Shown piece after piece: positions 1-13,228 of a stretch of DNA of 64,000 bases; the stretch's first letter is position 1, and every line of letters starts with the position of its first letter. The notes under the pieces were generated by a model. It made no database searches, was not told the origin of the DNA, and saw only the letters and a program-made list of their open reading frames with translations. The DNA is from Octopus sinensis (lineage: Eukaryota), in NCBI RefSeq assembly GCF_006345805.1, contig NC_042998.1:52514001-52578000 (forward strand), written 5' to 3'. The translations under genes were made by a program, and so were the position numbers.

Positions 1-289
1 TAGAGTTGACTTCAGCCTGATTTGATCTCAGAACATAAAGTGTCAGAACAAATATCATAAGGCATTTTTTCCTGCTTTTCTGATGATTCTGTCAATTCAT
101 CACTTTTTTAATAATAATAATAATAATAGTAATAATAATAATAACAAAACTTTGTTGGTTAGGTATGAAAGGCCAAATCTAGCCAGTTTGAACATAAAAG
201 AGATAGAATATTTGAACTAGATATCTCTGTTGCCCCTATTGATAAACAGAAGTGGACTGAAAACTGAACCTTGATGGTCTTCTTTCATG

Positions 290-332
<43 letters not shown>

Positions 333-430
333 ATGCAAGTATGTATACATATAGATAATATGTGTTTTGCAGTACAGTGCAGCATATATAATATTGAATA
401 AACACAGAGCTAAAAGTTAGTTTCATTTTG

Positions 431-696
431 TCACTTCATGTGGTAATGTCTAACCTGCAGAACAATCAATAAAAATAAAATCATTTTTATTATTATTATT
501 TCTTGTTGTTGTTGTAGTAAATATTTTATTTAAACATTCTCAATTTCTTAAAATAAATTTCCTATAAATGTTTTCACACTTATTTCCCAATATTCCCTCA
601 AATATTTCATTTTCCTAGTTTTTATAATGGTTTTATTAATAATTCAGCAATAAACTTATGACTTGAAATGTGTTTTTCTTATAGCAAATTAAAATC

Positions 697-768
<72 letters not shown>

Positions 769-3700
769 TGTATGTATGTATGTATGTATGTATGTATGTA
801 TGTTGTATGTATGTATGTTGTATGTATGTATGTATATATATGTATATATATATATATTTATACATACACACACATGTATATATATATATATATATATTCA
901 TGTATGACTGTGTGAGTGTGTTTGTGTGTGTGCACATGTGTTTATAAACCTTCAAAGAAGAAGCAAATATTAAGTGCAATAAAACTTTTAACTGAAGAGC
1001 AAATGCAAACAAACAACAACAACAACAACGATGATGATGATGATAGTAATAATGATAATAATAATAATAATAATAATATAATAATAATAATAATAATAAT
1101 AATAAAATAATAATAATAATAGATATATAAGAAAATAATTTGGGAGGATGTATTTTAATATATCTTTACCTTACTTTCTCAGTGCAATAATCTAAAATAT
1201 TTGTAAAGAAACTATGAACATTTGCAGATACATAAGTAAATTTTTTTTTTCCAGTTTTTGTAATACATTTTTCCAATTTAAATGCAATACTCCAATGTAT
1301 GTAAATTTTGAAAACACCTGGTGCTATCTGTATTCCATTCTAAAATAATGATTAAAGATCAGTTATTAACAAGTAATTCTCTTATTAGTTATGTAAAATT
1401 CTCTTTAAATAGTTTTTAAGCTGCCTTCCACTGCTTTCTTCACTGCAGTAAAAAAATTATGACTCCTTCTATTGTATTTGTATGGAATATCGCATTTGAA
1501 TAAAAATAATGCAATTGTCCCTTTGCCGATATGGAAAATTAGTTTCATGAGTCACTAAGCAAATGGAAATTATGTTAATACAATGAGGTATCAAAGAGTT
1601 CCTGGTCTGGTTATGTTCAATATAAAATAACTTTTTTTGCCTAAGTTTTAGCACCATCTTCTTTGAAATAGCTACCTTGCACAGCAATACACTGGTCCCA
1701 GTTTCCTGGCACTTTGGGAATTTGGCCTAGAAGTTGTTTTCCATAAAAAAGTCAAGGATGTTCTGGGATTTTCTCTGGATCTTAACAATGGTTTTTGTGG
1801 GATGATGTCAGCAGCTGGGCAGCTGACCAGAACTTGGGAGCTGGCTGGAAGAGGAAGGGTGCAGGAGTGACGCGTGCACAGGCAGGGGAAGATGGGGCCT
1901 TTTCGATTGGGGTAGCTGAGAGTGCTGGACATGTGAGCGCTTCGACAAGGTGAGGGAAAAGCAGCTGCTATTTTTAGCGTTCAGGTTAGGCCACGTAGAA
2001 GGGTGCATCGACAAAGAGAAGGTAGGTGTCTTACTTCAAATCTCCCACATACACCAGTGTTAAAATGATTACCTTTGAGCTGCCTTTTCATCTTGGGGAA
2101 GAGATGAAAGTCTGCAGGTTCTAAATCTGGTGAATAGGGCAGGTATGTAAGTGATACCATGTTGTTTTTGGCAAGAAACTCATGAATGAGGAGAGGTCGG
2201 TGCCAGGAGGCATTGTCATCATGAAGAATCAAATTTATCAAGAGCCGGTTACTTTCACGGAATATCTTCCTTCAAACACTTCAAAACGTTGCACTAGAAG
2301 TCTTCTACTATAGCTCAAGATTAACCAACGTCTTATGAGTGAATTTGTCAGATGAAAACTGTGCAGAAGCCTGTTGTGTGTGTGTGTGTGTGTGCGTGCA
2401 CATACATGTGTGTGTATGTGTGTGTGCGTGCGTGCACATACATGTGTGTGCATGTGTGTGTGCATGTGTATGTGTATGATTGTGCTGTGTTTGTTACCCC
2501 AACTGCTTGACAATCAACCTTGATTTTCTTTCATTTCTGTAACTTAGCAATTCAGCAAATATAGCCACTAGAATAAGAACCAGGTTTAGAAAAAGAAGTA
2601 CTGAGATCAATTTGTCTGACTAAACCCAACAAAATATGGTGCCAGTGAGGCTGCAGTCTAATGACTGTAAAAAGGAAAAAATTAAAAAAAAAAAAAAAGA
2701 AAAATGAAAAAGATTAAAGAACAAAGAAAAAAATTTTAAATATGAAATGCAATTCTTGAATGTTAGAGTTAGAATGTTAGTGTGTGGTGTACCTAATCAT
2801 CAAATAAATTAAATGAAAGGAAAATGGAAATTAAAAGAAATGTTTTTTGGTATATGTAAAGTTGAAAATTCAAACCAAAACATTGACCAAAACCATACTA
2901 AGTGAAAGTACAAACTCAAATATATTATAAACTAAAGGGTGAGTTTCTATCAAATTTTATTTGAGACTATTTCTGCCTTTTGAAATGGCAAATTATTTTG
3001 TATTTCATTCTAAATCTGTCTTGACATTTTTGTCAAATATTGAGGTTGCAACAACTACTATTACTAGCACCTCAGCTACAAGTTTGAAGTGCAAACAACA
3101 ATGCAGATTGGGATTTACTCTTTTACTTGTTCCAATCATTTGACTGCGGCTATGCTGGATCACCACCTTTAGCCGAGCAAATCGACCCCAGGACTTATTC
3201 TTTGTAAGCCTAGAACTTATTCTATTGGTCTTTTTTGCCGAACCACTAAGTTACAGGGATGTAAACACACCAGCATCAGTTGTCAAGCGATATTGGGGGG
3301 GACAAACACAGATACACAAACATGTACACACACACATGTATATATATATACATATATACGACGGGCTTCTTTTAGTTTCTGTCTACCAAATCTCCTCATG
3401 TGGTTGATAAGCAAGCTACTTACCTCACAACCACTCCTGTGCCTACATTTAGAGCAATGTTAAAGACAGATCTTTTTGTTTTCCAGCCCAGGTAACAGAG
3501 CAAATAGACAAATCTTAGAGTCTTTTGTCAGTGGAATGAACAAAATTGTTATCAATTAGAGATATTCTAGAAATAATGTTGGGAGCTCTCTTCATCAAAC
3601 ACATGCATTTACATAAACAAATAATTTTTTAATAAATAATAATAACAATAATAATGTTTTGTTGCCCTGGTGCAAAACCAGGCATTGGCTCTCATGGCTT

Positions 3701-6700
3701 TTGATCTTAACTGATTTTGTCTTGGAAAAAAGATGGGCTACAACAAATATTCTGCTCAATACCACAGATTTGCTTGTCAGTTGTTTGGCCTTAACTAGTT
3801 GAGCATGTTCCTTGCTGGCTGATGATATGTGCATCTCTGATCACGAGCAGAAGAAGTGAGGGATCATCATAGCTATTTGTCAAGAGAAATTCTTTGGGTT
3901 TGAATAATTCACCTCTGGAAACATGGATGTTTTGTTCAACATCCTTAAACAAGTCTTATTCAGGGACCTTTTGAGTAGGATGGGACACTCAGCCTGAGGA
4001 AAATTGTGACGGCCCCACCTGGAAGGTCAAGTGCTGTTTATCTTGATATGAGATCACACACATACAAGAACCCAGGAAAAGGGATGCACTTGCACCCCCT
4101 AGAATTTTTATGTAGTGCAAAATCAAAGTTTGCATCCCCTATATACCTTTGCCAGGTTCAGAAAATAATATCTAAAAATTGATCTGTAAAAGTTACTTCA
4201 AGTTAGATTTCTTTTCAAAACAAAAACAAAGGACAAAAATAAATTTTTTGAAAATAGCTGAAGCTGGCTGTAAAATTCCCAAGAGAATTTATGACCTGCT
4301 TCTAAACTAAAGCAGCATCAAATTCAAAAGTATGTGGCAACAACAACAACAACATGACCTCCTTTTATCTTCAAATACCTCTCACAATACCCTACATTTT
4401 GTCAGTTCTTTATAACTGGCATCTCAAAAGATTGATCACATGGTTGAATGGATTTGAACATTAGACCATTTGACCTGTCTAAAAATAAAAGTCCTTTCAA
4501 AATTCTTTGTCAGTCAGATGGGTTCTTCTATTCAGGCTAATATTTATTTATTTTGTCAACAGTCAAAATTATTTGTTTTCTCTTTGATATTTAATGCTCA
4601 TTGTTACATTGCTGGACTTTTTTTTTGGATTATCTGTCCCATGTAAGTTACAAATTCTCCTTTTTGACCAGAATCTTTCATGGTTTTGTTGATTTACTCT
4701 TTTACTTGTTTCAGTCATTTGACTGTGACCATGCTGAAGCACCGCCTTTAGTTGAGTAAATTGGCCCCAGGACTTATTCTTTGTAAGCCTAGTACTTATT
4801 CTATTGGTCTCTTTTGCCAAATCGCTAAGTTATGGAGACATAAACACACCAGCATCGGTTGTCAAGCGATGTTGGGGGGACAAACACAGACACATAAACA
4901 TATACACACACATACATATATATGTATATATACATATATACAACGGGCTTCTTTCAGTTTCCGGCTACCAAATCCACTCACAAGGCTTTGGTTAGCCCAA
5001 GGCTATAGTAGAAGACACTTGCCCAAGGTGCCACATAGTGGGACTGAACCCGGAACCATGTGGTTGGTAAGCAAGCTACTTATCACACAGCCACTCCAAA
5101 TTGGCTTTCAATACACACACACACACACATACACACACGTGCATATAATTCTTTTGAAATATTAGTCCAAATGATTGAAAGATGAGTTATAGAACTTTTG
5201 AAAAATAGTTTTTAGAAAAAAAGAACAATTGATTATAAAGGATGGCAGATCAAGGCTGGAATTAACAAATTTGTGATGTTCCAACAAGAAATATATTCGA
5301 CAATTTTAGACTAATCTATATGAAAAGAAAAAAATGGTTAACTGGAAGTGCTAAAGTAAGTTATTCTGCTGGCCATGCTTTTTATTTAATTTAGAAAAAA
5401 CTGTTTGGAGTGATAATGGTTACGATGATTTAGGTAATCTACATATGGCCATGCTAAAACACGAACGTTCTGAAAGACATATAAAATCTTTGATAGATCT
5501 TAAAACTTTTGGGAATATTTACAGTTACATGCATATAAAAACAAAACAGGGCATACAAAAGTATAATAAGAGGTTAGAAAAACAGATATATTCAGTGGCA
5601 TTAGATCAGTGCAGTTATTTTTCTTGGTTGCCAGGAATTATTATTCTGGGGTCATTTTGAGTCCAAAAAATCCAATAATCATGGAAATTATAAAGCACTC
5701 TTATATTTAATCAGTAAATATGACGAAAAATTGGCAAGTCACTTAGCGGTTCGGCAAAAGAGACCGATAGAATAAGTACTGGGCTTACAAAGAATAAGTC
5801 CCGGGGTCGATTTGCTCGACTAAAGGCAGTGCTCCAGCATGGCCGCAGTCAAATGACTGAAACAAGTAAAAGAGTAAAAGAGTAAAAGAGTAAGTCATCT
5901 TGATACAATTTCTGTATTCTCAGATCTTTCAAGCAGAATTCAAAATGACTTGATTGATGCAGTTCAGAAAGTTATTCTGGATGAAACAGAAAATATACTG
6001 AAACAGGCAAAATTCATAGCTATTCTTATAGATGAAACATCCAATGTACTGAACTATTCACAACTGTTAACTGTTTTACATTGTTACAAAAGATTGTTTT
6101 ATTAAAGAATGATTTATCAGTTTCAATGATGTTAGTGCAGATCGACCAGCAAATGTTTTATCTGAACATGTTTTTAAATGCATTGAAATGTGGAAGTGTG
6201 GAAACAAATTAATTGCTCAAATCTATGATGGTGCTGCTACTATGGCAGAACAATTAAATGGGTTGTATTCAAAGGTAAGAGAGAAATATGAATGTTCATT
6301 GTTGTGCTCATGTCCTAAGTTTAGTTCTTTCACAAGAATGCTCTGCTATAAAATAAATCAAGATATCGTTTTTCTACTATAAATGGATTGGGTACATTTT
6401 TTATGAAATCACCTAAAAAGGCTAATGCATTAGATATCATGTTAAAGATTTCCCAAAGCTACAGGAACTAAATGGAAATACTCATCATGTTCTTACTATA
6501 AAAGAAAATTGTAATTTCATATCCTTTTTTGAAGACTTCATTGAAAATTCTGAAGCATGAGATGAGACCACAATAAATTCTGCTTTAGATTCTTGCATAA
6601 TTTAAAAGCTCTTGATTTCTAATTTTTATTAGAAGTATTTAGTGATATATTTTCTTTCAATGATGTCTCATTTAACATTCTTTAAACTAAAAGTCATGAC

Positions 6701-9700
6701 ATAGTATATTGTAAAGAGCAAATAGATAAAACTAGGACCCTGCTCAAAAATAAACTCAATGATTTTTCAATATTTTATAATAAGTTATGGGGGAAAATAT
6801 GGAATCGATGCAGAAATTGAAATCAAGAGATCCAGAAATAAATCTATTGATCCCCAACAATATCATAGAATGCTCTATAACAAAATTATTGACACAATAG
6901 CTGACCAATTATGAATGCGATACTCATCCTTAGAAGAACTTAAATTCATAGAACTTTTCAATTTCATCAGGTGAAGAATATCGCAAACGATTTCCAGTGG
7001 ATGCTTTAAATTCTTTAAAAACCACTTATGGTAGCTTTTTTTTTTTTGACATAATATGAGTACAGAGTGAACTAATTGCTTCGTATTCTATACAAGATTT
7101 TAAAAAGCAAAGTGCAGGTAATTTAATGCATTACATTTACATCAATGATCTGATTGAAGCTATGCCAGAACTCTTAAATCTTTGCAACCTTATTTTGGCA
7201 ATTCTGTCTACAACTGCCTTTGTAAAGTGGGTCTTTTCTGCATTGAAAAAAAAATTAAAATTCATCAAAGAAATACAGTAGGAGAGAATAGACTTTCAGA
7301 GTTAGCTCTCATGTCAATTGAAAAATATTTACTTCAACAATTGATTAAAAGAGATTTTTATTCCAATGTAATAAACATATTTTCCCTGAAAGATTGAAGA
7401 ACTGAATTAATTTATAAATGAAGTATATAAATAATAATTTTTTGTACGTCTTTTAAAAACTTTTTAATACATTAAAACAGGGACCATCAAGGGCATGTTG
7501 CGAAACTTAAACAATTTTAAAAATGAATCAGCTCAATTGATAAGTACAAGGGTGGGTTGAAAAGCTCATAGACTGTCTATGAAGGAGTGATGCTAGAAAT
7601 CTTGCATGCATTCAATTCAACTCTACATATTAATGACTGCATTCTTTTCTTTCGGGTAAACTGACATCTGACTTTTCAAAGAATACTTCAAATGTAACTA
7701 GTAGCAACTTCTCTCGCAAATAGATTAAATTTAGCATCTCCGTGTTATCTTGTACTTTCATACTTTCATACTGACATGGTTGCTATATTACAGGATAACA
7801 CTCCAGCTTTATCAACAGTGCAAAACTGGGCTTAGGAGAGGAAGAAAGAGTCTTGAAGATGATTCAAGGTCTGGACATTCCACAACTACCACCACCGAGA
7901 GTAACATTGATTGTGTTCACCACAAGTTGATGGATAACAGGTGACTGACTATAAATCAAATAGCCAATGCTGTTAGTGTATCCTGTGAGAGGGTTGAGAA
8001 TATTCTGCACAAGGGACTTGATATGACAAAAGTTCATGCTTGATGGATGTCATGTCTTTTGACACCTGGTCAAAAGCATACCACGTTGATCACATTACGG
8101 GAATATCTGACATTATTTGAGGCAGATCCAACTCGTTTCCTTGAACATTTCCTAACCTAAGATGTGTATTGGCTTCATCAATTTCAACCAGAAACAAAGA
8201 GGCAATCCATGCAGTGGAAACACTCATCTTCAATCGCTCCAAAGAAAGCAGGGTCGTTTCATCTGCAGAGAAGGTGATAGGCTTAGTTTTTGTGTTTTTG
8301 ACTATCTTCAAAATGATCACACCATCAATGGAGAGTTCTATGACAACTTGCTACAACAGTTATGAAAGGCTGTCAAGACCAAACGTTCAGAAAAAACTGA
8401 TGAACAGGGTCTTGTTTCATCAGGACAATGCTTCAGCACACAAGTCCTTGGTTTCAATGATTGTTGTGCATGACTGACTGACTTTGAACTGGTTGATCAC
8501 CCTCCCTATTTTAGTGATTTCGTTCCATCTGACTATCATCTGTTTCCAACATAAAAAAAAAAATTTGACTGGGCACCAGTATTGTGGCAATGGCAACATC
8601 TTATCTGCTGTTGATGACTTTTTTGACCAACAGAATAGCTTCTTCACCAATGTTATCTGAGCACTGTATCACTGATGGAAGTGTGTGGACAGTAATAGGA
8701 ACTATGTTAAAAAAATTAACTTCATTTGGAATGTCTTGCTCAGCCTATGAACTTTTCAACCGACCTTTATAATAAAAATTATTATTATACCTGTATTTAA
8801 GGCAGTAAACTGGTAGAATCCTTTTGGGGGTCAATAAATAAAGTACCAGTCAAGTATTGGAGTCAATGTAATTGACTATCCACCCACCATACAAATTTCA
8901 GGCCTTGTGCCTATAGTAGAAAGGAGGGGAAAAGATTATAACTGCATTTTTTTAATATTAACAATGAAAAAAAAGTTTTGGACCTGAGTTTGCACCCACT
9001 AAGCAAGTTTCATTCCTGGGCCATTGCACACATATGGTTGTGATGCATGTGCCTGGAGTACCCCTATCAGATGGGTTGTCATGATGAGTATATTGGGTTT
9101 CGCATAGTTGTACCCCAGTGTCACTTTGATGGCATGTATTGCTCTTTCACTGATTAATTATAACATTAATAATAAATATTTTTACTATAAGCACAAATAA
9201 AGCAATAACTGGGCTTTTTTTTCTATACTAAGTTTAGTTTCTTTTTCTTTTGCTATCTCTCTCTGTCTCTCACATTCACACATACATTTATTCACTGATT
9301 ATTGTTACAAGGAAGCAGTTGACAATAAATTTGAGGATTCATCTTAGAAACAGTTTGATAAGGCTACTCAACATGCATTTAAGAGTCACTGTCAACTGTC
9401 TCCTTGTCAAAAATGTATATGAATATAAAGTAGTCTACTTAAAGGTATTGAGAGGTCCTTTAACTAAAAATGCAAAGTCAATCCCTGGAAGAGTTCATCA
9501 TCATCATCATCATCATCGTTTAACGTCCGCTTTCCATGCTAGCATGGGTTGGACGGTTCAACTGGGGTCTGGCAAGCCCGAAGGCTGCACCAGGCCAGTC
9601 AGATCTGGCAGTGTTTCTACAGCTGGATGCCCTTCCTAACGCCAACCACTCCGAGAGTATAGTGGGTGATTTTAAAATATAGAGTGACACAACCAAATAC

Positions 9701-12700
9701 TGCAAAGCATTTAGCATACTATTCTATCATCTCATTTCATTGTCTTCTTGGTGACAAACCATGTGAGTGTGGCTCCAGTTGTTCATTTCTTCCTCATAAC
9801 ACTACCTTTCTTTAGCTCTTATATTTTATATTCAAGAACTAGTTAACTCAGCATGAAGATGGTTATATTAAAATGTTTTTATGACTGTTTAAGTGTATAG
9901 GCATAGGAGCAGCCGTGTGGTAAGTAGCTTGCTTACCAACCACATGGTTTCGGGTTCAGTCCCACTGTGTGGGAACTTGGGCAAGTGTCTTCTACTATAG
10001 CCTTGTGAGTGGATTTAGTAGATGGAAACTGAAAGAAGCCCATCGTGTATATGTATGTGTGTGTGTATATATTTGTGTGTCTGTGTTTCTCCCTCCCCCA
10101 ACATCGCTTGACAACCGATGCTGGTGTGTTTACGTCCCCGTAACTTAGCAGTTTGGCAAAAGAAACCGATAGAATAAGTACTAAGCTTTCAAAGAATAAG
10201 TCCTGGGGTCAATTTGTTCGACTAAAGGTGGTGCTCCAGCATGGCCACATCCAAATGACTGAAACAAGTAAAGAATAAAGAGTTTAACTGCTATATAGCC
10301 ATCTATATATCATACTTAATGTAGATACATTACTGAAAGGCAAATTTACTGCAATATTCATTCAGAGATGACACCTCTCATGGACGTGGTATGTTTAAAA
10401 ACAAAATATATCAGAAAGAGATTAAAATGGTCCCAGCAATGGCTAGTAAAAACACTAAACGCATTTCAGCCCTCTTAGGCTTTGTCAATGGCATGCGTTC
10501 AATACCAGTTGCATACTTACACAAGATTTGTCTCCTCCGATATGCAGGAAAACAGTGAGAAGCATTCACTAGTATTCTGAATAATTGCCAAGCTGAATAA
10601 AGACCTGTTATATGCAGTGAAAGTAATATAAACTTAATATAGCCAACTATGTATCATCTATGAATCTAAAAGACTTTTTCATCTTCCTTCAGCTCACATC
10701 TTTCATTCATGCTATCAATTTTCATGACTACCAAAGTTTTATATCCATCATTTGTATCAATCTCCCATATTTTCTGGTCTTCTTTAATAAAATTGATCAC
10801 ATATCTTTAACCACACTGCTGCATCTCCCTCCCTTCCTCCTTCTCTGTCTTCCTCTCCCCCTCCCTCTCTCAGGTGAGTTTATTATTTAAGAATAAATGA
10901 TGTGCAGTTGTACACAGAAAGCAGTGATGATTAAGGAGATCTGATTGGAAGCAGATTTTTCACAAGAAGAGTTATAAAATATTTGCTTAATTAAACATAT
11001 GTGTTTGTGTATGGATGCCTACTTTCTATCGACCAAATTTCTTTCATTGAGATTTCGTCAATCCAAGACTTTGATAGGGAAAGTGCTTCTCTGTGAGATC
11101 AAATCTAGAAATACATGGTCATGAAGTGAAGTTCCAAATCACATAGCTATGCCTAATATTATTAATTTCATCTTAGAGAAAGCAAGAAGAGATGACTCCA
11201 AGCATGTTTTGTTCTTATGCTGATCTCTTCAGCAATGTACAACACCCCCACCACCACCACATACTTGCTAAAATGGTGATGATTGAATTACTAAGTAAAT
11301 ATATAAAATTGTGTATTTATCGGCATGTGAAAATAGAATTTCTTAGAAATTAAATAATGTGAGAGACATCATCGTATAGAAAACAATTAGTAAGTTAGTG
11401 TCAATATACCTAATACATGGCGAACTGGCAGAATCATTAGCATGTTGGGTAAAATGCTTAGTGGCATTTTGTCAGTACGCATATTCTGGGTTCAAATTCC
11501 ACTGAGGTTGACTTTGCCTTTCAACCTTTCAAGGGTCAATAAATTAAGTACCAGTTGAACACTGGTGTTGATGTAATTGACTAGCAGCCTCCCCCAAAAG
11601 ATCTGGCCTTGTGCCAAACTTTGAAAACAATATATCTAATACAGTGCTGCTGGACTGGCTCCTGTGCAGGTGGCACATAAAAAGCACCATTTGGGCATGG
11701 CCGTTGCCAGTACCACCAAACTGGCCCTCATGCCAGTGGCACATAAAAGCACCCACTACACTCACGGAGTGGTTGGCATTAAGAAGGGCATCCAGTTGTT
11801 GAAACTCTGCCCGATCCGATTGGAGTCTGGTTCACCAGACCTCAGTCAAATCATCCAACCCATGCTAGCATGGAAAGCGGACGTTAAATGATGATGATGA
11901 TGATGATGCTTAATGTGGTGATCAGAATGAAACCACAAAATATCCAGTGTTTTTACTTTATACTCGAAAAAGTATTATTCATTGACTAATATTGTTCTTT
12001 TAGTGGTTTTTAGCATTGCATATTTATGTCTAGCTAATTTTTTAAATACTCCTTATATTAAACATGTTAGCATTAATTTACTTTCTGTTTTTCAAGTGGA
12101 TCGTGTTGCTAAATTAATTTACCAATATGAATAGATTGCTATGATATGCAACAGTTGTTTAATATTTCATTATTCGACTCTCTTCACTGTCTGTCTTTTA
12201 AGTGCAGAATAATAATAATAATAATAAAGGTGCAGTTAGTTGATTGTCGTTGTCGTCGAGATATGAAGAAAATAAATATCCTCCAATTAGTAAGCTTTAC
12301 TCAGATGACCATCCATCAAACTAGCCAACAGTAGGAAAAAAAACATTGTTTATCTAAGCCTCGACGTTGGTAAACTGTATTTATTGTAATCAGCATCTGT
12401 AATCAATAATGTAAATTGTCTTTCCACTAGTTTTATAATATTTCTGTTCATACTAAAAAGAGACATTTGACAAGCTTATTTGTCACTATGTTGCTATGGT
12501 AAAATGATTAACATATTTGTTTGCTAGCTTAGTGATGAAAATGATAATCCTTTCTACTGAAATTTTGGAGAAGGGGCCTAGTTAATTACATCAATACCCA
12601 GTGCTCAACTGATACTTATTTTATCAACCCCCAAAAGGATGAAAGGCAAGGTCAGCTTCAGAGACATTTAAATTCAGAACATTCAGAAGATTCCAGAAGC

Positions 12701-12901
12701 AATACCTCTAAGCATTTTGTCTGGTGCAGTAAGGATTCTGCCATCTCACCACCTTAATACTAAATGCCAACAAGTGAGATGCCATGCAATTAAGACAAAA
12801 AAAAAATCCTCAGTTTTCTTAGCAGCATGACACCTCACCTGTTACCATCTTTAGATGCAAAGTCTTACCTCTTGACAAATCTGGTTGAGACATGGTTGCA
12901 A
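431..12901 (-). CDS. Candidate spliced host gene, unidentified (putative exons 12901-12869, 10604-10521, 1191-1175, 454-431)
   Basis: Four AG-bounded segments; the first three end in gtaaga, gtaagt and gtaagg donors. Phases join without stops to give (V)[51 protein letters not shown]. Family not recognised, and chance splice-like pairs are common in this AT-rich DNA. Confidence 0.35.
690..900. repeat. Compound (TA)n/(TATG)n microsatellite
   Basis: Direct inspection; explains the IYIY/YVCM ORFs. Confidence 0.97.
1010..1122. repeat. (AAC)n/(GAT)n/(AAT)n compound trinucleotide microsatellite
   Basis: Direct inspection. Confidence 0.95.
2056..2305 (-). mobile_element. Tc1/mariner transposase C-terminal fragment
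   Basis: Translates to LHDDNASWH...[25 protein letters not shown], matching the mariner HDNA and YSPDL motifs. Confidence 0.9.
3116..3443 (-). mobile_element. tRNA-headed SINE family A (octopus type, central microsatellite), partly deleted
   Basis: Shares head (gctgtgtggtaagtagcttgcttaccaaccac) and tail (cagtcaaatgactgaaacaagtaaaagag) with about 10 other copies in the window. Confidence 0.88.
3663..4062 (+). mobile_element. Non-coding repeat family D, partial copy
   Basis: Homologous to 17428-17878 and 32054-32644; preceded by an (AAT)n-like tract. Confidence 0.85.
4696..5097 (-). mobile_element. SINE family A, near full length
   Basis: A/B-box-like head with ggttccgggttcagtccc, internal (CA/TA)n and family tail. 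Confidence 0.92.
5170..7420 (+). mobile_element. Decayed hAT-superfamily transposase (ZMYM1-like), interrupted by a SINE A 3' half at 5741-5892
   Basis: Frameshifted fragments WLTGS...[25 protein letters not shown] and the C-terminal dimerisation motif [12 protein letters not shown]...FYSNVINIF. Confidence 0.85.
7547..8769 (+). mobile_element. Full-length decayed mariner transposon
   Basis: Imperfect ~30-bp TIRs (caagggtgggttgaaaagctcatagactg / cagcctatgaacttttcaaccgaccttta), with TA at 7545-6 and 8770-1. Broken transposase with [24 protein letters not shown] and DHPPYFSD. Confidence 0.93.
9021..9165 (+). mobile_element. Family D 3' fragment
   Basis: Matches the family D 3' end (cccagtgtcactttgatggcatg). 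Confidence 0.75.
9496..9672 (-). mobile_element. RTE LINE 3'-UTR fragment with (GAT)n tail (family E)
   Basis: Same 3' end is attached to RTE coding sequence at 27303-27830 and 29280-29737. Confidence 0.82.
9899..10280 (+). mobile_element. SINE family A, full length
   Basis: Head, internal (TG)n and tail all present. Confidence 0.92.
11420..11630 (+). mobile_element. tRNA-headed SINE family B
   Basis: ggcgaactggcagaatc head, gggttcaaattcc B-box and aagtaccagttg core shared with more than 15 copies. Confidence 0.85.
11650..11908 (+). mobile_element. RTE 3'-UTR fragment (family E)
   Basis: gtggttggcattaagaagggcatccag...gcggacgttaaa(tga)n. Confidence 0.82.
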
Positions 12902-13044
12902 CTTGTATAAAATAAAGCAAAGCTAAAACAAATGTTTCAAATGTTTGGCCCGAGGTAAACCAATTTAGGAGGAGGGGCTTTTAACTCAAGTACTTGACTG
13001 GTACTTTTATTTTACAGTTCTAAATTTAAGAGATGAGAAATTAT

Positions 13045-13196
13045 GTACATTATTTACATTATTTACATTCGATGGATATTTTTCCTCCTCTTGTTTGTTG
13101 TTAACACGTTTCAGCTGATATACCCTCCAGCCTTCTTCAGGTGTCTTGGGGAAATTTTCGAACCTGGGTTCTCATTCCTAAAGTATTTTTCGATGT

Positions 13197-13228
<32 letters not shown>

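Noticed and set aside
985-1012. CTGAAGAGC...GCAAAC hammerhead-like string
   Set aside because: No GAAA and no stem I or III.
4563-4642. Plus-strand AG/GT segment [26 protein letters not shown]
   Set aside because: Good splice signals, but composition reflects T-richness and no phase-compatible neighbour was found.
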